From positions 29,886 through 93,885 of the forward strand of contig JAVBRO010000002.1 of assembly GCA_031547885.1 (NCBI GenBank): a stretch of DNA of 64,000 bases, in the 5' to 3' direction. The position numbers and the translations under genes were made by a program. The notes under the pieces were generated by a model. The model did no database searches. It was not told where the DNA came from and worked only from the letters and a program-made list of their open reading frames with translations. Positions 57,653 through 64,000 of this stretch are shown here, piece after piece (position 1 is the stretch's first letter; each line of letters opens with the position of its first letter). This DNA is from Rikenellaceae bacterium. GTDB lineage: Bacteria > Bacteroidota > Bacteroidia > Bacteroidales > Rikenellaceae.

Positions 57653-58063
57653 ATGAAAACACTGCTCCGGAAAAAGCTCCCGGCCTTTTCGCTGTCGGAA
57701 CTCCTCGTCGTCCTTGTAATAATAGGCATCCTCGTGCTGATCGCCCTGCCGAACCTGATGCCGCTCATCTCGAGAGCCAAGAGCACCGAGGCACAGCAGC
57801 AGCTCACCTTCCTGCACACTCTCCAGAAAAGCCATTTCTACACCCACTCGCGCTACTCGGAATCTCTCGAAGAGCTCGGTTTCGAGCAGCAGAGGCTCGT
57901 CACCGACGGAGGGTCGGCCAATTACCTTATAGAAATAGTCGAATCATCCGAGCGCGGTTTTGTGGCAACGGCGACGGCTGTGGTCGATTTCGACGGCAAC
58001 GGGGTATTCAACGTCTGGGAGATAAACCAGGACAAGGAGCTTCATGAAACCGTAAAAGACTGA
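57653..58063 (+). CDS. Type IV pilin / pseudopilin-like protein (prepilin-type N-terminal cleavage/methylation domain; Ala at -1)
   Basis: MKTLLRKKLPA-FSLSELLVVLVIIGILVLIALP: a class-III signal with conserved Glu at +5 and a hydrophobic alpha-1 helix. 137 aa. Confidence 0.6.
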   Translation: MKTLLRKKLPAFSLSELLVVLVIIGILVLIALPNLMPLISRAKSTEAQQQLTFLHTLQKSHFYTHSRYSESLEELGFEQQRLVTDGGSANYLIEIVESSERGFVATATAVVDFDGNGVFNVWEINQDKELHETVKD

Positions 58064-58083
58064 CACCGACTCATATATAACCG

Positions 58084-58557
58084 ATGGAATATCTGCCCTT
58101 ACTTATGCTCGCACCGTTATCACATCTCATTGTAAGCGACTTCCGCAGCCGGGAGGTGTCGGTCATGTGGCTGGGTATACTTGCCATAGGAACTGTGTGC
58201 ATACCGGTCATTCAGGACGGATGGCTGGATGTGCTGAAGCGTAGCGGACAGAACCTGCTGCTGATATTGTATATGTCGACCGGCATCGTCGTGTGGGGAT
58301 GGATAAAGGCACGGAAATTCGTCAACCCGATCAATGTATACATAGGGCTGGGCGACGCGCTGTTCTTCCTGATACTTATTCCGCTGTTCCCCGTGAAGCA
58401 TTATGCCTGGCTGCTGGTGGCGTGTATGATATTTTCGCTTGTGTGGTGGGGTGCCGCCGTCCTGTTAAAAAAGAAATCCCCGAAAAACATCCCTTTTATA
58501 GCGACCTCGGGGATCGTGCTGGCCGGGGCTATCATCTTTAAAGTCTTTTTCACATGA
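58084..58557 (+). CDS. Minimal prepilin peptidase (A24 family, peptidase domain only)
   Basis: 157 aa with multiple TM helices, a first catalytic Asp in the SDFRSR context and a second in the IGLGDALFF (GxGD) motif. 4-nt overlap with the downstream ATPase gene. Confidence 0.6.
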   Translation: MEYLPLLMLAPLSHLIVSDFRSREVSVMWLGILAIGTVCIPVIQDGWLDVLKRSGQNLLLILYMSTGIVVWGWIKARKFVNPINVYIGLGDALFFLILIPLFPVKHYAWLLVACMIFSLVWWGAAVLLKKKSPKNIPFIATSGIVLAGAIIFKVFFT

Positions 58558-59978
58558 CGATCCCCGACCACATACCCACCGAACTGATCCAGCGCTTCAC
58601 TTCTCAGCAGGCGTGGGAATATATGCTCGTGCCGTTCGAGGCGCAGGGCGGCGGGATAAAGTGCTTCGGGGAGGAGTCGCGCGATTATCTCGATCCGCTG
58701 CTCGAGATAGAGGTGATATACGGACTGACAGTCAGCGTCGAAAAGATATCGGCGGCGGAACTTCAGAAGCTGCTTCGGAAATATTACCGTTCTGAGGGGG
58801 AAACGAGGCCTGGGCGGACGCGTTCGATCTCGGAGATTAGCAGCGGGCAGGGATTCCTGATGGGGCTGATCGAGGAGGCTTTCGACACTTACTCGAGCGA
58901 CATCCATATCGAGGCTTACGAAGAGCGCTGCCGCGTGAGGTTCCGCATCGACGGCAAGCTGATCGAGAGGTATGTCATCGAAAAGGGTAATTACGCCTCG
59001 CTCGTCAACCAGATAAAGATCATCGCCAACCTCGATATCTCCGAGAAACGCCTGCCGCAGGACGGGCGCATTCTGTACAACCGCAACGGCAAAAAGTTCG
59101 ACGTGCGCGTGTCGTGCCTGCCGACCATCTACGGCGAAAAGATAGTGATGCGCCTTCTGACCCGCCATATCGAACTTCTGGAGCTGGCAAATCTCGGTTT
59201 CAGCGAGCGGCAGTTGGCTGATTACTGCAAGGCGATAGAGCGTCCGCACGGGATGATCCTGATCTGCGGCCCTACCGGTTCGGGGAAAAGCACGACGCTC
59301 TACGCGACCCTGCGCAGGCTGAACAAACAGACCGGGAATATCCTCACGATAGAAGACCCCGTGGAGTACACCCTCGAGGGGGTGAATCAGGTGCAGCTGA
59401 AAGAGGAGATCGGGCTGACATTTACCAGCGCCCTCCGCACTTTCCTGCGCCAGGACCCCGATATCATAATATTGGGCGAGATCCGCGACGCCGACACCGC
59501 TCAGATGGCTATACGTTCCTCGCTCACCGGTCATCTTATCTTTTCCACGATCCACACCAACACCGCGTGGGGAAGTATAGCCCGTCTGAGCGACATGGGT
59601 ATCCATCCTTATCTCGTTGCGAATACGCTTGTGATGTGCGTGGCGCAAAGGCTTGTGAGGCTGCTTTGTCCGCATTGCAAGTCGAAAGAGAAGGCAAACG
59701 GCGAACTCCGCACGGTATTGCCGGGAATAGACATCCGCCATCATTACAAGGCGGTGGGGTGCGACAAATGCTACTACACCGGTTATAGCGGGCGGCGCGC
59801 CATATACGAGGTTATTCCCGTCGACGACGAACTGGCCGCGGCGGCTCGTCACGAAGAGACGGACATCGACGATAAACTGCGGGAAAGGAACATCATTTCA
59901 CTCCGCGATGCCGGCATCGACCTCTTCCGGCGCGGCGACACCTCTCTGGAAGAAGTCATCCAACTACTAAAAAGCTAA
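58554..59978 (+). CDS. GspE/PilB-family secretion/pilus-assembly ATPase
   Basis: Walker A GPTGSGKSTT; Asp box; Walker B DPDIIILGEIRD; His box. Tetracysteine motif CPHC...CDKC. Confidence 0.9.
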   Translation: MTIPDHIPTELIQRFTSQQAWEYMLVPFEAQGGGIKCFGEESRDYLDPLLEIEVIYGLTVSVEKISAAELQKLLRKYYRSEGETRPGRTRSISEISSGQGFLMGLIEEAFDTYSSDIHIEAYEERCRVRFRIDGKLIERYVIEKGNYASLVNQIKIIANLDISEKRLPQDGRILYNRNGKKFDVRVSCLPTIYGEKIVMRLLTRHIELLELANLGFSERQLADYCKAIERPHGMILICGPTGSGKSTTLYATLRRLNKQTGNILTIEDPVEYTLEGVNQVQLKEEIGLTFTSALRTFLRQDPDIIILGEIRDADTAQMAIRSSLTGHLIFSTIHTNTAWGSIARLSDMGIHPYLVANTLVMCVAQRLVRLLCPHCKSKEKANGELRTVLPGIDIRHHYKAVGCDKCYYTGYSGRRAIYEVIPVDDELAAAARHEETDIDDKLRERNIISLRDAGIDLFRRGDTSLEEVIQLLKS

Positions 59979-59983
59979 ACCCG

Positions 59984-61903
59984 ATGAAGAACCCCATACT
60001 GCTAACCCTAACCCTTATTTTTCTTTCCGTACAACTTCTGTGCGGGCAGCGGATCGTCAATCCCAATGCAGAACAGGAGCGCCTTACGGAGGTGGGGCTG
60101 AAACTGACCAACCTGTCGGTCCTCGATCCGACTTATATCACAGAAGTCGATATCTCCGTGGGAAAAGTGCCTCTGTCGGAACTTCTGCGCAACGTCGCCA
60201 AAGCGGCAGAAGTCAACCTGAGCGTCAAAGGGGCCGAAAACATCCAGGTCACCTGCAACTTCAGTCGTGCGAAGATCACCGACCTCGTCTTTTTCCTCTG
60301 CAAAGAGTATAACCTCGATATAGACGTCGTGGGGAATATCGTGGCGATTTATCCGGTAGCCCCTCCCCCGCCGGAAGCCAAAATACTGGGCGTGACATAC
60401 AAAATAGCAGGCAACAGTCTCAGTTTCGACCTTTCGGGCGACCGGCTTGCCGACGTCGCCAAAAAGATAACCGACCTGACCGGAACCAATTTCTTCCTGC
60501 CTCAGACGCTTTCCGAGCAGAAACTGTCAGGGTATATCAAGGATATGCCTTTCGGCGAGGCGATCCGGAATATCGCGGCGATGAACGGCCTTGAAGCCGA
60601 ACGCGACGACAACCACGTGTGGACGTTCTATCCGGCCGAGCCGCCCGCACAGCAGCAGAACGGCCAGCCGGGTGCGGCTTCGGCTCCGCTCTACCAGCGC
60701 CGGACGCCTTTCTCCCCCACCGAGCTTTCGGTCGACAGCCTCGGGATGATAACGGCGCAGATAGGGCGCGGAAACGTGCAGGATATGATCGTCGACCTTT
60801 GTGAACAGCAGGATCTCAATTATTATTTTCTCTCGCCCGTGACGGGCCAGACAAGCATATATGTGCGAGAAGTGGATTTCGAGACGCTTTTAGACGTCCT
60901 TCTGCGGGGAAGCGATTTCTCTTATTACTTCGAAGACGGGATCTACATATTCGGGGCTGAAGCCACCGGGCAGAGTTCGCTCGTTGCGGTGGAGAAAGTG
61001 GCCATGCACAACCGTTCCGTGAACAAGGTCTCGGAAATCATCCCCGACGTGCTTAAAACCGGCATTCAGGTGCGGGAGTTCCACGACCTGAACAGCATCA
61101 TAGTTTCGGGGGAACGCAGGCAGGTGGCCCGCGTCAAATCGTTCCTGCGTTCTATCGACAAGCGGGTTCCGCTGGTCACCATCGAGATCATCATCGTTGA
61201 CGCCACCAAACAGCGGATCATGGAGATCGGCGTAGAGGCCGGGTTCGGCAAGAGCGGCGTGAAGTCGGGCGGAACACTTACCGGCGTCGACGTCATGCTC
61301 AACGCCAACTCGGTTAACAAACTGATAAACACTTTCAACGGCTTCGGGTCGGTCAACATGGGGAAGGTGAGCGAGGGATTCTATCTGGGTCTGCAGTTCC
61401 TCGAGGACAACGGCATCATCGAAATGCGCTCTACGCCCAAACTCTCGACCCTGAACGGCCATGAGGCCACACTGAAAAGCGGCGAAACGCAATACTACAA
61501 GGAGATCTCGAACAACTACTACGGCTCGCAGGTTCCTGTTTCGTACGAATCATACACCTGGAAAAGCATCGACGCCAACATGGAGATAAAGATAACCCCA
61601 TACGTGAGCGAGGACGAGCATATTACCCTCGACATCGAGATAGACCAGACCGAATTCACCGCCCGCGTGGAAGCCAATGCGCCGCCTGGAACCGCCACGC
61701 GCAGCTTCAAATCGCAGATCAGGGTGCAGAACGAGGAGATGGTCCTGCTCGGCGGCATAGACCAGAACACCAAGGAAAAGTCGAACAGGGGGCTGCCGTG
61801 GATATCGCGCGTGCCGGTCCTGAGATGGTTCTTCGGCAAAAGCAAGGACGACAAGACCGAGCACAAACTCAATGTTTTCATAAAGCCTACCCTCGTAGAA
61901 TAA
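59984..61903 (+). CDS. Secretin (GspD/PilQ family outer membrane channel)
   Basis: Signal peptide. N-domains; C-terminal secretin core (VPLVTIEIIIVDATKQ...EMVLLGGIDQNTKEKSNRGLPWISRVPVLRWFFG). Confidence 0.8.
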   Translation: MKNPILLTLTLIFLSVQLLCGQRIVNPNAEQERLTEVGLKLTNLSVLDPTYITEVDISVGKVPLSELLRNVAKAAEVNLSVKGAENIQVTCNFSRAKITDLVFFLCKEYNLDIDVVGNIVAIYPVAPPPPEAKILGVTYKIAGNSLSFDLSGDRLADVAKKITDLTGTNFFLPQTLSEQKLSGYIKDMPFGEAIRNIAAMNGLEAERDDNHVWTFYPAEPPAQQQNGQPGAASAPLYQRRTPFSPTELSVDSLGMITAQIGRGNVQDMIVDLCEQQDLNYYFLSPVTGQTSIYVREVDFETLLDVLLRGSDFSYYFEDGIYIFGAEATGQSSLVAVEKVAMHNRSVNKVSEIIPDVLKTGIQVREFHDLNSIIVSGERRQVARVKSFLRSIDKRVPLVTIEIIIVDATKQRIMEIGVEAGFGKSGVKSGGTLTGVDVMLNANSVNKLINTFNGFGSVNMGKVSEGFYLGLQFLEDNGIIEMRSTPKLSTLNGHEATLKSGETQYYKEISNNYYGSQVPVSYESYTWKSIDANMEIKITPYVSEDEHITLDIEIDQTEFTARVEANAPPGTATRSFKSQIRVQNEEMVLLGGIDQNTKEKSNRGLPWISRVPVLRWFFGKSKDDKTEHKLNVFIKPTLVE

Positions 61904-61915
61904 ACCCCCGACAGT

Positions 61916-62902
61916 ATGAAAGTCCTTTCCCGGATACTCAGGCACTTCAACGTGCTTCACATAAGGTTCGACAGCGAAAGAGAACCGGCTGTGGAACTGG
62001 TCCCGTGCCATGTATCGAAGGGAAAGATCGAAACCGGTGAAACAAGGACGCTCCCCTGTATCGAGGCGGAAGCCAAAAGACTGAACAAGGCACCACTGGT
62101 CATAGCCGTTTCCGGCAAGGGGATTATAACCAAGGATGCGTCGCCGGGCGGGATAGCCGACACAGTTACATCCAATCCCGAAACCTTTGTCTGGACAAAA
62201 TCTGCGGACGGAAGCATCTCTTTCGTCAGGCGCAGCCAGCTCTCGAAAATTACGGAAGAACTCGACGATGCGAGCGTTACGCCGCTATACACGGAGTGCC
62301 TGCCCGACAGCAGCGCGGAACAATTGGCCGCGGCTGTAGAAAGGTTTTACGCAGAGCGTCTGAACTGGAAGAGTGTACTGAAACCCACCGCCGAAGGGTC
62401 GCAACTGGCATCCCTGCTTGCAAAACACATCCAACTGCCTGTTTTGGGAGTCGTGCTGCTGGCGCTTATGGTGAATTTTCTGCTTTCGTCCGGTGTACGC
62501 GAAGATTTTCAGGCGGCGAACACCGAACTCGCCGCGCTCCGCAAGTCGGCATCGACGGCCACCGCAAGCAGCGACCGCAAACAGGCTGCCTTTGAACAAT
62601 TTTCCCGCACACTGCCTTACCGGTTCAGTTGGCTGTCGGACAGGATAGCGGCGGCAACTCCCGAAAAAATCACCCTGAACGAACTCTCCATCGCTCCCGT
62701 TACAAAAAACGTCGAGGCCGGGAAACCCATACAACAGAACGAACGCGCAGTCATGATCCGCGGAGAAACACCGTCGGCGGAATCCGTTGCGTCGTTCGTT
62801 GAATCGCTGGGCAGACTCAATGCCGGCACGGTCAGACTGTCATCCGTCGAGCAGGACCGCGAACGATCTCTTCTCATATTCAGGATCGAGATGGAATTAT
62901 GA
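61916..62902 (+). CDS. Hypothetical single-TM protein, possibly PilM/PilN-like assembly component
   Basis: Cytoplasmic N-terminal half, a TM helix (LPVLGVVLLALMVNFLLSS), then a coiled-coil-like periplasmic half. Position between secretin and next membrane gene suggests a PilN-like role. Weak. Confidence 0.35.
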   Translation: MKVLSRILRHFNVLHIRFDSEREPAVELVPCHVSKGKIETGETRTLPCIEAEAKRLNKAPLVIAVSGKGIITKDASPGGIADTVTSNPETFVWTKSADGSISFVRRSQLSKITEELDDASVTPLYTECLPDSSAEQLAAAVERFYAERLNWKSVLKPTAEGSQLASLLAKHIQLPVLGVVLLALMVNFLLSSGVREDFQAANTELAALRKSASTATASSDRKQAAFEQFSRTLPYRFSWLSDRIAAATPEKITLNELSIAPVTKNVEAGKPIQQNERAVMIRGETPSAESVASFVESLGRLNAGTVRLSSVEQDRERSLLIFRIEMEL

Positions 62903-63405
62903 AAGGGGTGGCGAAATATAAAGGTATTGCCTGGCTGGTGCTGGTGGTAGTGGTCGTTCCGCTGGTCGTCTACTGGTATGCTGTCAGCGGCACCGTGAAG
63001 CAGTGGCGCATGACCGGAAAGTACCGCCAACAAATAGAACAACTACGTAGCACTCAGTCCCGGACATCGGAGCCGCAAAGCGTGAACACAACCGATACCG
63101 AAATAATCCTGAGCGGGCTTGCGGTCGCCGAACTATTGCCATTCATCGAGTCCGAAAAGCTGCGGATCGAATACTTCTCGCCCTGCGTAACCTCAGACAA
63201 GGACGGGATAGTGCTGACCACCGGGCAGTTGTCCGTACAGGGGGCATTCATTTCCATAGTGAATCTGCTCGATAGGCTTGAACGCGATATGCCTTACTGC
63301 AAGATCATCGCCGCCCACTACCGGAGCACGAAACCGCGCAACCGCGGAAGCACTAAAACGCTCTCCTGCACCATATACATCCAACAGATAACGGAAGTTC
63401 GATGA
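62899..63405 (+). CDS. Hypothetical single-TM protein, possibly PilO-like
   Basis: N-terminal TM (IAWLVLVVVVVPLVVYWYAV), then a coiled-coil-like and small periplasmic domain. 4-nt overlap with the upstream gene. Confidence 0.3.
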   Translation: MKGVAKYKGIAWLVLVVVVVPLVVYWYAVSGTVKQWRMTGKYRQQIEQLRSTQSRTSEPQSVNTTDTEIILSGLAVAELLPFIESEKLRIEYFSPCVTSDKDGIVLTTGQLSVQGAFISIVNLLDRLERDMPYCKIIAAHYRSTKPRNRGSTKTLSCTIYIQQITEVR

Positions 63406-63593
63406 ATTCAAAAAGTATGAAGCGTATTTACAAAGGTCGTGGAGCTAACTCATCGAACTTCCGTTACGGGCATCTTCGATGCCCGGCGTTTAGACTCCAC
63501 CCCCTAAATCCCCCTAAAATCCAGGGGGACTTTGCAAAACCAAATAGGTTTTGCGGATGAGAGAGACCAAACCTTCGATTGATTAAATAATGG

Positions 63594-63899
63594 ATGATTA
63601 TGAAAAAACTACTGATTCTGCCCGTACTGTGCCTGATGTATGCCTGCAGCGATATTTTAGAGACGAAAATTTCCGGGAAAGAGGTGTCTGTGGTTGCGCC
63701 GCTGGACGGATCGGAAGTTGCGGAAGGTCCCGTTTCGTTCCTTTGGAACACTCTCGACGGAGCCGAACGGTACCGCGTGACCATCGTCTCCCCCTCGTTC
63801 GAAAGTGCGAGCATTGCCGTCCGGGACACTGTCATGTATCCCGATTCGCTCTCACTGAGCCGTAAGCGTTCGGTAAAGTGCGTATTGTTAGGTGATTGA
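63594..63899 (+). CDS. Small lipoprotein (hypothetical)
   Basis: MIMKKLLILPVLCLMYACS lipobox; 101 aa. Confidence 0.35.
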   Translation: MIMKKLLILPVLCLMYACSDILETKISGKEVSVVAPLDGSEVAEGPVSFLWNTLDGAERYRVTIVSPSFESASIAVRDTVMYPDSLSLSRKRSVKCVLLGD

Positions 63900-64000
63900 A
63901 AAGGATTTAGCTTTGCGGGGATAATCGGTTATATTGTTGTTTTACATAAATTGAATGACCGTTTAGTAACCGTAAAGTCTTAAAATATGGGGAGAAAATT

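Noticed and set aside
57488-57847. 119-aa - strand ORF overlapping the pilin start region
   Set aside because: It is antisense to the pilin N-terminus (a strong class III signal on the + strand). The product has no signal peptide or motif.
1-64000. CRISPR arrays, integrases, transposases, phage genes
   Set aside because: No regularly spaced direct repeats and no recognisable recombinase or transposase ORFs on either strand. The repeats that are present (8531-8634, 12594-12722) are single palindromic structures, not arrays.

Overview
This 64 kb window reads as a chromosomal segment from a Bacteroidota (Bacteroidales-like, fairly GC-rich) genome. The phylum-level evidence is a set of hallmarks: SusC/SusD pairs, BACON-domain lipoproteins, a DUF3575/DUF3868-OmpA-led type V (Mfa/FimA-like) pilus operon, a Rho with a long low-complexity N-terminal insertion, and TAnnTTTG-type -7 promoter motifs. 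Coding density is high and there is no obvious integrase, transposase or CRISPR array.

Gene content, left to right:
- A SusC-like N-terminus whose C-terminal part lies beyond the window start (-).
- A YcaQ/DUF1006-like protein, a flavodoxin-like flavoprotein, a DUF362-like lipoprotein and a TonB-dependent receptor (all -).
- A patatin-Omp85 fusion protein (+).
- rho and kdsB (-).
- A LuxC-like acyl-CoA reductase (+).
- Three consecutive outer-membrane beta-barrel genes (-).
- A small acidic protein, then miaA, putA and a CoA-transferase (+).
- tRNA-Leu(UAA).
- A seven-gene type V pilus operon (-), facing divergently a KdpD-like(N-truncated)/KdpE pair with no kdpFABC nearby.
- A six-gene envelope operon (-): SH3-membrane protein, SPFH, small membrane protein, Zn-ribbon-TPR membrane protein, duplicated-BACON lipoprotein, polytopic membrane protein.
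- A TPR-TM-LuxR-HTH regulator (-), divergent from a PUL with no glycoside hydrolase: lipoprotein metallophosphoesterase, SusC, SusD and two large BACON lipoproteins (+).
- A compact type IV pilus / T2SS-like cluster: pilin with Ala at -1, minimal prepilin peptidase, GspE-type ATPase, secretin, PilM/N-like and PilO-like proteins (+).

The strongest candidates for something undescribed are three:
1. The SPFH/Zn-ribbon/BACON envelope operon, which may be a YdjGHI-like membrane-stress module with Bacteroidota-specific additions.
2. The phosphoesterase-led PUL with its atypical one-component regulator.
3. The T4P-like cluster immediately downstream of that PUL.

All functional assignments come from reading the translated ORFs for motifs. 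No database search was possible.
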